DNA of 64,000 nucleotides from positions 352,001 through 416,000 of the forward strand of contig OZ240215.1 of NCBI GenBank assembly GCA_965197585.1, in the 5' to 3' direction. A program made the position numbers and the translations under genes. The notes beneath the pieces were generated by a model. That model was given only the letters and a program-made list of their open reading frames with translations, had not been told where the DNA came from and searched no databases. The DNA comes from Dehalococcoidia bacterium (GTDB lineage Bacteria > Chloroflexota > Dehalococcoidia > Plut-88900). Below are positions 45,696 to 53,926 of the stretch, one piece after another; position 1 is the stretch's first letter, and every line of letters begins with the position of its first letter.

Positions 45696-45965
45696 TCCGT
45701 GTTAAGATTTGGAAGTCCGGGAATTACCTATGAAGGCACGCCTTGCAGAAATATTCAGAGAGCGACGCAACCTGTATCTCCTTGCATTGTAGCTGTCGAT
45801 TCTCGGGATGGACCAGGCTACGAAGGCCCTAGTGAAAAACCTCATGAGCGTGCATGGAGAGTGGAGTGGTCCTGGCTATAACGAATAGACTGGCTGGACA
45901 TTGCGATTCTGCGTTTCAATTTCCGTGGGGTATGATAGGACGAGAGTAAATACGGTGTAGGCCGA
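45696..45965 (+). pseudogene. Degenerate duplicate of the lspA 5' region joined to a degenerate copy of part of the alpha/beta hydrolase
   Basis: ~45696-45850 closely matches ~48242-48395 (with TGG>TAG); ~45853-45965 resembles ~45151-45270. Confidence 0.8.
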
Positions 45966-46009
45966 TGTAAGACCCAAGCTCTAATGATGGGCTCCCCGAT
46001 TTGGCGGGC

Positions 46010-46939
46010 TTACTCCCGAGTCAGCGCCATAGCCCGCACCCCGGCCTTATAGTGCTTAATCGTGCTGGGGTCGGGGCCCGGTTCGTAGACGTACGTTACA
46101 CGCGGAACCAGCACCTCTTCGTAGAGTATCTCCTCGTGATCGTCATACTTGACGGTCACTGCATAGTAGTACTCATTGGGCACGTAGAGCTTCGCATATC
46201 CTTGCTTGTTGGTCTTGGAGCGGCCCACTCCCGCAACTACGACCTCCGCGCCATGGACCGGTTTGCCCTCGCGGTTGAATACTCTTATTCTGCCTGAACG
46301 CCAGGGGAGGACGTGCTTGGCCAGGAACTGATCGATCCTACGGAGGCGGCTGAGCATGTCGCCGTCCGGGATTTTCTCCACAACGTCCTTCTCAAACCCG
46401 GGCCCCTTTGGGACTTTCCAGTCCCGACCATACTTTATGCGAAGGTATTCTTCGGGCGGATTAGGAACTAGGAATTTCTCCCCGATGAAGCAGATCTCTT
46501 TCAAATCAGTAAATAGCTTCAAGGGGGTGTTGACGGCGGGGTACTGGCAGATGTTGTCGCCAATGATCCGGTGGCAGGTCCAGTCCACCCGGATTCCCGA
46601 CTTCACCATGGATAATCCGACATAAAGTGGGCTGCGTCCGACGTGCACGTAGTACCCGTTATCAGTGAAGGCTGCGATGCCCTGGTCGATGGTCTCCTCG
46701 GTCAGGCCGTGAAGCCCGATGACGGAGGCCGTATCCATTTCATCGTCCCATGGGATGAACCCGTTCTCCCGGATAGCGCCGAGGCATGTTCCCGATCCTA
46801 GGAAGAACACTATTCCCATCTGATCGAAGATTCGTTTGACGTCCCTCAGGCGTTCTGCGGCCACAGCGGGATCCATCGGTTCCGGGGACTTGATGGTCTT
46901 ATCGTAAGCGGCCTCTCCCGGCTCGGTGAGCGTTACCAA
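46010..46939 (-). CDS. LicD-family nucleotidyltransferase-fold protein with C-terminal beta domain
   Basis: FFLGSGTCLGAIRENGFIPWDDEMD, VPNPPEEYLRIKYGRDWKVP. Confidence 0.85.
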   Translation of the reverse strand: MVTLTEPGEAAYDKTIKSPEPMDPAVAAERLRDVKRIFDQMGIVFFLGSGTCLGAIRENGFIPWDDEMDTASVIGLHGLTEETIDQGIAAFTDNGYYVHVGRSPLYVGLSMVKSGIRVDWTCHRIIGDNICQYPAVNTPLKLFTDLKEICFIGEKFLVPNPPEEYLRIKYGRDWKVPKGPGFEKDVVEKIPDGDMLSRLRRIDQFLAKHVLPWRSGRIRVFNREGKPVHGAEVVVAGVGRSKTNKQGYAKLYVPNEYYYAVTVKYDDHEEILYEEVLVPRVTYVYEPGPDPSTIKHYKAGVRAMALTRE

Positions 46940-47070
46940 TGTTCTATCCTTTCCTTGTATACAACCCGGGCAGGGTCATCGGCGGTCGGAATACAGTCTC
47001 CGGACGTGCTGAATAGGCGTCGCAGTGGATCCGGAGAGGTGATAATGCAGGCACGGGAAAGTGGGCAGCG

Positions 47071-47811
47071 TTATATGTCCAGCCCACCGCCGCTGCTAAT
47101 AACACGGTTGATCAGTTCGTAATCGTCCCGGGTGTCGACGTCGCCCCAGAACAGACCGGACATGTCGCACGTAGCGAAGGGGTTGCTTGTGTCGGTCGCC
47201 AATCTTACTACGTGGCTTAGCTGCACACCCAGTCCATGGATATGCCGCAGATAATCGATCGAATCGAAGACTTGGTCGTTGAGCATGAAAACACCCATGT
47301 CTATGGCGTTCCAGGTCTTCAGGTCCTTGCCGATTTCTACAACGTTACCCGACGGATTCGTGAATACGAAAGTAGCGTCGTTTATCTGGAAAGAGTGCTG
47401 AGCTGCTGAATCGACTCCCAGAACACAAGTGCCTAATGGGACATTCAATAGTCGAGAGATCACCCCAGGGTGGATGATATGGTCACCCATGCAGAGAATG
47501 AAGGGGTCGTCCCCCACAAACTCTCGTGCTGCCCATAGCGATAGGGCGTTTTCACCCTGATAATGGGGGTTCATGACAAAAGTTGGTGTAGGGACTTCGC
47601 TACTACCACGTTCTAGATGATCTATTATCGCTTCAGATTTATATCCCACCACAACTGCGATATTGTCGACGCCGGAAGCATGTAGTGCTTCTAGGGGATA
47701 TTGGATAATGGGACGGCCCGCTACCTCCAATAACACCTTCGGTGTTTTCAACGTTATAGGCAGTAAACGTCCTCCGTCCCCAGCGGCTAGGATGACACCT
47801 TTCAAAGGCAC
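47071..47811 (-). CDS. NTP transferase (LicC/IPCT-like cytidylyltransferase)
   Basis: ILAAGDGGRL...PKVLL, MGDH, AIDMGVF, WGDVDT. Confidence 0.85.
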   Translation of the reverse strand: MPLKGVILAAGDGGRLLPITLKTPKVLLEVAGRPIIQYPLEALHASGVDNIAVVVGYKSEAIIDHLERGSSEVPTPTFVMNPHYQGENALSLWAAREFVGDDPFILCMGDHIIHPGVISRLLNVPLGTCVLGVDSAAQHSFQINDATFVFTNPSGNVVEIGKDLKTWNAIDMGVFMLNDQVFDSIDYLRHIHGLGVQLSHVVRLATDTSNPFATCDMSGLFWGDVDTRDDYELINRVISSGGGLDI

Positions 47812-48274
47812 TTTGTTCTTCTCTTTCTTCCTTCCTTAATGGGGTCTTGACGGCAGAAAACATGCTGGTAGCACATCCAAATGGTCTGCCGAAAAAGTGG
47901 GCATAGTTCGGCGGCCTTTTCACCTGATGAAACGACCGGCCTACTGTCCCTGTAGCTCTAAGGCTCCACCTACACTTGGGTAGCTAATGCCCACAATGTA
48001 ACTGCAAAGCCCTTTGCACCCTTTGCGTGAAGGATCACCTCCCACGCGAGGCTTGAGCATATCAAGAGTATCGAGTTTTTTCAAGCTAGTCTCCTTGAGC
48101 TTCAGGTCGCCCACTGCTGGGACTGCCCGCGCGCGCGGCAAAAACTCTAAGAACGGACTTTGCGAAACTGTCTTGACCATATGAGGCTGGAAAGATGGTT
48201 AGCTTCTAGACGCCGGTGTTCATCTATTGGCCTCGGGGCCGCCGTGGTAAAATCGTGGAGTCCGGGAATTACCT

Positions 48275-48781
48275 ATGAAGGCACGTCTTGCAGGGATATT
48301 CAGAGAGCGGCGCAACCTGTATCTCCTTGCATTATGGCTGTCGATTCTCGGGATGGACCAGGCCACAAAGGCCCTCGTGAAAAATCTGATGAGCGTTGGG
48401 GAGTCCATTCCGGCGGACACCCCCGTCCGTCTCACCTACGTCCAGAACACTGGCAGTGCCTTCGGACTTTTCCCTAATCAGACCTTTGCCCTCACCATAG
48501 CGGCGGTCGTCGGGGTTGTGGTCATAGCCTTCGTCTTTTTCAGGAGTGGGGGAACAAGCAACCTGTTGGCAATAAGTTTGACCATGCAGTTGGGTGGGGC
48601 CATCGGGAATTTGATAGACAGAATAGCCTACGGGTACGTGGTCGACTTCGTGGACTTCCGGTTCTGGCCCGTGTTCAATGTCGCCGACTCTTCAATCACT
48701 ATCGGGTTTGTGGTCTTGGCCGTGGCCCTGCTCTTCGGCAAGGACTCCAAGGATAAGGCCAGTGACGGCGCCTCTCCCTGA
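48275..48781 (+). CDS. lspA: Lipoprotein signal peptidase II
   Basis: DQATK, NTGSAFG, GGAIGNLIDR, VVDF, FNVADS. Confidence 0.96.
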   Translation: MKARLAGIFRERRNLYLLALWLSILGMDQATKALVKNLMSVGESIPADTPVRLTYVQNTGSAFGLFPNQTFALTIAAVVGVVVIAFVFFRSGGTSNLLAISLTMQLGGAIGNLIDRIAYGYVVDFVDFRFWPVFNVADSSITIGFVVLAVALLFGKDSKDKASDGASP

Positions 48782-49691
48782 CCCGGGGCAGGAAGCCCGC
48801 ATCATCCCCGCAAAATCGGACGCTAGGCTCGACAAGCACCTTGCCGACCTATGCCCCGATCTTTCCCGCTCTTTCATCCAAAAAATGATCGCTGAAGGAA
48901 GAGTTCGAGTGAACGGTCGGTCAGTCCGCGCAGGGTACAGGATGAAGGCGTCGGACGTGGTGGTGATGGATCCGCAGGCCGAACAACCCGAGATTCCAGA
49001 CCCCCGACCCTTCGACCTAGCCATCCCATACGAAGATACCGAAGTGTTGGTGGTAGATAAGCCCGCCGGAGTGCCGACCCATCCGGGCCCCGGACACGGG
49101 GGCGGGACCCTGGCCAACTCTCTGCTTGCCTATCTGCCGGACTTGGCCGAGGTGGGTGACCCGTCCAGACCCGGGATAGTGCACCGGCTCGACAAGGACA
49201 CCTCCGGGCTGCTTATAGTCGCCAAGACCCCAGATGCTCATCGAGACCTTTCGGCTCAGTTCAAGCAGAGAACGGTCTCCAAGATGTACATGGCATTGGT
49301 CGAGGGTCTGGTCGTGCCCCCGGAAGGTGTGATCGAGGCCCCCCTCGGGAGGCATCTTAAACGCCGGAAGGAGATGGCGGTCGTACAGGATGGCCGGCAG
49401 TCAACGACTAGGTACGAGACCGTCGGGATTTACGGGGGATATACGCTTCTAAGGGTCACCCCGAAGACGGGACGGACACACCAGGTCAGGGTGCATATGG
49501 CGGCAATAGGGTATCCGGTGGTCGGAGACAGTGTGTACGGGAAGCGAAACAAGTGCCTGGCAAGGCACTTTCTCCACGCGGCCTACCTCAGGTTTAGGCA
49601 TCCCGTATCTAAAGATGAAATCGAAGTGAATTCACAGTTGCCGGGAGAGCTTTCAGGTTTTCTGAATTCGTTAAGCGACACGGGATGCTAG
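48762..49691 (+). CDS. rluD: RluA-family pseudouridine synthase (RluD-like)
   Basis: S4 domain, DKPAG, GIVHRLDKDTSG, TGRTHQVRVH. Confidence 0.9.
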   Translation: MTAPLPDPGQEARIIPAKSDARLDKHLADLCPDLSRSFIQKMIAEGRVRVNGRSVRAGYRMKASDVVVMDPQAEQPEIPDPRPFDLAIPYEDTEVLVVDKPAGVPTHPGPGHGGGTLANSLLAYLPDLAEVGDPSRPGIVHRLDKDTSGLLIVAKTPDAHRDLSAQFKQRTVSKMYMALVEGLVVPPEGVIEAPLGRHLKRRKEMAVVQDGRQSTTRYETVGIYGGYTLLRVTPKTGRTHQVRVHMAAIGYPVVGDSVYGKRNKCLARHFLHAAYLRFRHPVSKDEIEVNSQLPGELSGFLNSLSDTGC

Positions 49692-49703
49692 AATTGACGC
49701 CTG

Positions 49704-50906
49704 ATGATACAAGACAAAAAAGTTAGAGTTAGATACGCCCCCAGCCCAACGGGGATACCTCACGTCGGGAATATCCGTACTGCACTGTTTAACTGGCTGT
49801 TTGCCCGGCACAACGGCGGTCGGATGATCGTTCGGATCGAAGACACCGACCAGGCCCGTACCCAAACAGGCGCGATTGAAGCCATACTGGAAAGCCTCAG
49901 ATGGCTTGACTTGGACTGGGACGAGGGCCCCGAGGTTGGAGGCGACTACGGCCCCTACCTACAGTCCGAGCGACTGGGCATCTACGACCGCTACGCACGA
50001 CAGCTGCTTGATAGTGGTGCAGCCTTCCATTGCTATTGCTCGGCGGAGCGCCTGAAAGCCGTACGGGACGAGCAGTCCAAGCATAAACAGAACCCGCGCT
50101 ACGATGGTAGGTGCCGGGACGTATCTGAGCAGCAGGCGAAGGCCGGGGGAGACGCCGGCGTTCCTGTCGTCAGGTTCCGCGTCCCCGAGGCCCGGACCAT
50201 TTCCTTCAACGACCGCGTACGTGACGAAGTCTCCTTCGAGTCGGACCAACTCGGAGATTTCGTGCTCATCAAGACAGACCGGTTCCCGACCTACCACATG
50301 GCCAACGTGGTCGATGACCACCTGATGGAAATATCCCATGTGTTGAGGGCGGAGGAGTGGCTTTCGAGCACACCCCGCCACCTGCTCCTCTACGAGGCCC
50401 TAGGCATGACTCCCCCCGAATACGGTCATTTGCCGATTATCCTCGGCCCCGACCGGTCCAAGCTGAGCAAACGCCACGGTGCCGCCGCTCTCCTCGACTA
50501 TCGTGACCGGGGTTTCCTGCCCGATGTTATGGTCAACTACCTCGCCCTGATGGGCTGGGCCCTCGACGACCGCACCGAGCTTTTCACCCGTGAGATGCTT
50601 GTAGAACACTTCACTTTGGAGCGGGTGGGGAAAAGCGGGGCCATATTCGATATCACAAAACTGGCTTGGATGAACGGCGTCTACCTGCGAGACATGTCCA
50701 TTGATCGATTCTTGGAGGTGGCCTTGCCAGTTTTGGAGTCGGAGCTGCCGAAAACAGTCGACCGTCCGTTAAATAGAGAGTACGCGAAGAAGGTGTTGTT
50801 CCTGCTGCAAGAACGGGTTAAGACACTTGCAGAGCTCCCTGATCTAGCTGAGCTTTTCTTTGTTGAGGATCTCTCCTACAACCCCGAAACTCTGGTGCCT
50901 GAGTAG
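49704..50906 (+). CDS. gltX: Glutamyl-tRNA synthetase, N-terminal 400 aa
   Basis: RYAPSPTG, HVGN, RIEDTD, KLSKR; ends early at TAG. Confidence 0.93.
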   Translation: MIQDKKVRVRYAPSPTGIPHVGNIRTALFNWLFARHNGGRMIVRIEDTDQARTQTGAIEAILESLRWLDLDWDEGPEVGGDYGPYLQSERLGIYDRYARQLLDSGAAFHCYCSAERLKAVRDEQSKHKQNPRYDGRCRDVSEQQAKAGGDAGVPVVRFRVPEARTISFNDRVRDEVSFESDQLGDFVLIKTDRFPTYHMANVVDDHLMEISHVLRAEEWLSSTPRHLLLYEALGMTPPEYGHLPIILGPDRSKLSKRHGAAALLDYRDRGFLPDVMVNYLALMGWALDDRTELFTREMLVEHFTLERVGKSGAIFDITKLAWMNGVYLRDMSIDRFLEVALPVLESELPKTVDRPLNREYAKKVLFLLQERVKTLAELPDLAELFFVEDLSYNPETLVPE

Positions 50907-50910
50907 AGAA

Positions 50911-51192
50911 ATGCTGAGACGTAGCAAGATGGACCGAGAACGGACAATTGACGCCTTGAATGCAAGCTTGGATGTCCTTCAGGGTTTGCGCCAATGGGAT
51001 GCGGAGAGATTGGAGAGCGTGCTTAGGCCTTTGGCACCGCAGTTAGGGATAAAGACGGGAGTACTGTTCAGGGTACTACGAGTCGGTGTGACGGGCCGCA
51101 CGGCAGCACCGCCGTTGTTCAGCACCATGGCGGTCCTAGGGAGGAAACGGTGCATAGGACGATTGAGAGCAGCACTGGAGGCGCTGAAGTAG
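50911..51192 (+). CDS. gltX: GluRS C-terminal anticodon-binding domain, in a separate frame
   Basis: LGIKTGVLFRVLRVGVTGRTAAPPLFSTMAVLGRKRCIGRL. Confidence 0.8.
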   Translation: MLRRSKMDRERTIDALNASLDVLQGLRQWDAERLESVLRPLAPQLGIKTGVLFRVLRVGVTGRTAAPPLFSTMAVLGRKRCIGRLRAALEALK

Positions 51193-51262
51193 ACGATCGG
51201 GGTAGAAGGCTGATTTCACTCTTCGACTAGCTCAGTCCAGTCTGCTAAAATGGTATGCCCGA

Positions 51263-51336
51263 TGGGGAATCGTCTAGCGGTAGGACGACGGACTCTGGAT
51301 CCGTAAGCCCAGGTTCGAATCCTGGTTCCCCAGCCA
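51263..51336 (+). tRNA. tRNA-Gln(CTG)
   Basis: TGGGGAA...ACGGA-CTCTGGA-TCCGT...GGTTCGAATCC...TTCCCCAGCCA, 74 nt. Confidence 0.97.
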
Positions 51337-51485
51337 ATTTCCTGGAAATCATTGATCTGATTGGTCCGCATTGGCCTTTCTAGGCTTGACCACTATATTC
51401 TATCGACAAACCAGCGATTCAAGGTTGCCTTCTTTGTTAAGGCTGCCTTCAAGACCGTAAGCCTGTCGGTAGACGTCAATTAGCT

Positions 51486-51683
51486 TCGCCACCAAAGATC
51501 CGCGAATTGGTTCTCGACTTGGAACGGGCGGGCTTCTTTAATCGAGGTGGACGGGGCAACCATCGTAACTTTGTACATCCTAACGTTCCTCGACCTGTTA
51601 CAATTTCCGGTAACATTGGAGATGATGCAAAGAACTACCAAAGACGTGCAGTTAGAACCGCCATTGAGGATTCAATGACATGA
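51486..51683 (+). pseudogene. hicA: HicA-family toxin lacking a canonical start codon
   Basis: Manual translation: (S)PPKIRELVLDLERAGFFNRGGRGNHRNFVHPNVPRPVTISGNIGDDAKNYQ; no ATG/GTG/TTG between the upstream TAA (51438) and the PPKIRE motif. Confidence 0.75.
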
Positions 51684-51919
51684 ATGACAGCGCCCGGTAC
51701 GTTAAAGTGGTCGAGTGGTCTGAACTTGACCAGTGCTACGTAGGAAGTGCTCCCGGGTTGGTCTATGGCGGATGTCATGGCGACGACGAGCGGTTAGTAT
51801 TTGAAGAACTTTGCCGGATTGTGGAAGAAGCAGTCGCATTGTATCGAGTTGACCACAAACCGTTGCCCCCGGCAACGTCAGGCCGTGATTTGGCAGCTAT
51901 TTTAGGAACTTCCCCCTAG
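51680..51919 (+). CDS. hicB: HicB-like antitoxin
   Basis: EWSELDQCYVGSAPGL...CHGDD...LPP; ATGA overlap with hicA. Confidence 0.8.
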   Translation: MNDSARYVKVVEWSELDQCYVGSAPGLVYGGCHGDDERLVFEELCRIVEEAVALYRVDHKPLPPATSGRDLAAILGTSP

Positions 51920-52056
51920 GACTGCCCGAGTCTGTTTCACAGCTCGTAGAACACAGTGCCGCCGCGTGGCCAAACAATGCTAGCACTCCTGATCTCCCCA
52001 GATTGCCATCAAAGAGCTAGCTGTTCCTCGTGTCGTTACCATCCCCTCATCTGCCC

Positions 52057-52575
52057 ATGACCAACCTCCCACACCCCCTTCCCGACATCCTAAGAGACAG
52101 CTTCCGTATCCGCACTACCATGACCCGACGCAGGTCAGGCAGCCAGCGGACTGTAGAGACCACCTACTACTGGAATGGCGCGGACGAGGTGGTTTTGTCG
52201 GGATACCCTGGGCGTCGTGACTGGGTAGCCAACATTGCTGCGAATCCGGTCGTCACCTTGCATACGGTGGAGTTCGAGCCCTGGTTTGAAATCCCAGGCC
52301 GCGCGTGCGTTCTCTGGAATACCAACGACCGGCTTCCTCACATTTTCAACTTCATCGGGCGGTGGGCCGAAAGGCCGGGCTTTCCCCGTCGCCGCTTTGC
52401 ATTTGCCCTTGCCGCAATCCAGTTGAATCGAAGGCTGCGATTGCCGTGGTGGGGTCCATTCTGGTTCGCCCGCAAGGTCCTCGACAACATGCCCTGTGTC
52501 GTAGTTACCTTCACCGGCTCTCCCATGCAGCGAATGTATGGCCCCCCTCCCCTCTCAGAGCCCCGCCCTCACTGA
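52057..52575 (+). CDS. Deazaflavin-dependent nitroreductase-like (split beta-barrel) protein
   Basis: TRRRSGSQR...RDWVANIAANPVVTLH. Confidence 0.65.
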   Translation: MTNLPHPLPDILRDSFRIRTTMTRRRSGSQRTVETTYYWNGADEVVLSGYPGRRDWVANIAANPVVTLHTVEFEPWFEIPGRACVLWNTNDRLPHIFNFIGRWAERPGFPRRRFAFALAAIQLNRRLRLPWWGPFWFARKVLDNMPCVVVTFTGSPMQRMYGPPPLSEPRPH

Positions 52576-52695
52576 AATCAACGGCACGAGGGAGATTGTG
52601 CGTCGGTTGCCTGGATGAATTTGGGAACAAATATGCGCCGTGGTGCGTTTATACAAATGTATTCCTAATTCATCCTGGTTACGGAGGTTGACAAC

Positions 52696-53856
52696 ATGAG
52701 ATTCAAAATCAAGTCTGCACTGCTCCTGGCCATAGGAGTCAGTCTTGTCCTGTTGTCTATAGCTGCATGTCAGGGCGCGCCGGACTCATCCAACGCAACG
52801 TCGGAAGTGCCGTCAGGCAAGACCCCCGACGCATCGATTAACGGCGCCGTCACCTACCGGGAGCGGCTAACCCTCAGCCCGAGTGCTTCCGTAGTAATGG
52901 AGCTGCGAGATGTCTCCTATGCCGACGCTCCCGCTCCGCTCATCGCTCGTCAGACCATCTCAGACCCGGGACAAGTGCCCATCAAGTTCAAGGTCGACTA
53001 CAGCCGTGAAGACATCGACTCCCGCAACAGGTATTCAATAAGCGCCAGGATCATTGAATCAGACGGCCGCCTCGCCTTCATCAACGACACTGCCTATGAC
53101 GTAATTACTCACGGCAACCCTGACCGCGTAGACATGCTTTTGGTGCTGGTGGAACCTCCTCCTGACTTGGTAGACGATGCCGATGCTGATTGGCAGACGT
53201 GGGTGGAAGTCCCGGCTACGGTGATTTCGGCTAACCTGATGCCCAACGAGGCTGAACACTTTTTGCGTGTCGCCTACTACCAGTCGACCATAGAAGGCTG
53301 TGCCCGTCCTGGCAGCCAAAGTCTGAGATTGGAAGGTCACGATATTGTTGTGAGCGTCACACTGACCCAGCCACCGCCCACCGCTTGGTCGATCCCCTGT
53401 GACGAGCAGGTCGTGGAACTCGACACGGTAGAGCCAGTGGGATCGACACTCACGTCTGGAAAGCCCTACCGGGTAATAGTAAACGGTGGGGTGACCACTA
53501 CGTTCACTTTACCGGACCCCAACCTTGGATACACGTTCATAACCGAATCTCCCATCGAGAATTGGGAAGTGGAGATATTGGAAAGCTCGCCGCCTCAGTA
53601 CCAGCTGCGCGTGGTTTCCGGTATGCCCACCGGCAGCAGCTGCTCGCAGTTCAACGGCTTTGAAATCCGGCAAGTTGAGCCGCAACGCCTGGAAGTGCTC
53701 ATCACTCACCACGTAGTCGCCGACTCCTCCGCACGCTGCACCAGGGACTATCCCATAGTGGAGACTGTCATACCCCTCGGCTCCGACTTCGACCCCGGCA
53801 TGGAGTACGCCGTCAGCGTGAACGCCGAATCCGAAATGACATTCACAGCCCAATAG
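52696..53856 (+). CDS. YbaY-domain lipoprotein
   Basis: Lipobox IAAC; GAVTYRERLTL...ELRDVSYADAPA...GQVPIKF...YSISARI. Confidence 0.88.
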   Translation: MRFKIKSALLLAIGVSLVLLSIAACQGAPDSSNATSEVPSGKTPDASINGAVTYRERLTLSPSASVVMELRDVSYADAPAPLIARQTISDPGQVPIKFKVDYSREDIDSRNRYSISARIIESDGRLAFINDTAYDVITHGNPDRVDMLLVLVEPPPDLVDDADADWQTWVEVPATVISANLMPNEAEHFLRVAYYQSTIEGCARPGSQSLRLEGHDIVVSVTLTQPPPTAWSIPCDEQVVELDTVEPVGSTLTSGKPYRVIVNGGVTTTFTLPDPNLGYTFITESPIENWEVEILESSPPQYQLRVVSGMPTGSSCSQFNGFEIRQVEPQRLEVLITHHVVADSSARCTRDYPIVETVIPLGSDFDPGMEYAVSVNAESEMTFTAQ

Positions 53857-53926
53857 CTTCCGCTTCCATACGGTCCCGTTGCCGTCTCCCCTCGTATAAG
53901 TGCGGAGCTAGGCTGGCTTTCTCATT

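Noticed and set aside
47812-48240. Possible small ORFs or ncRNA upstream of the NTP transferase
   Set aside because: No recognisable motif or convincing structure by eye
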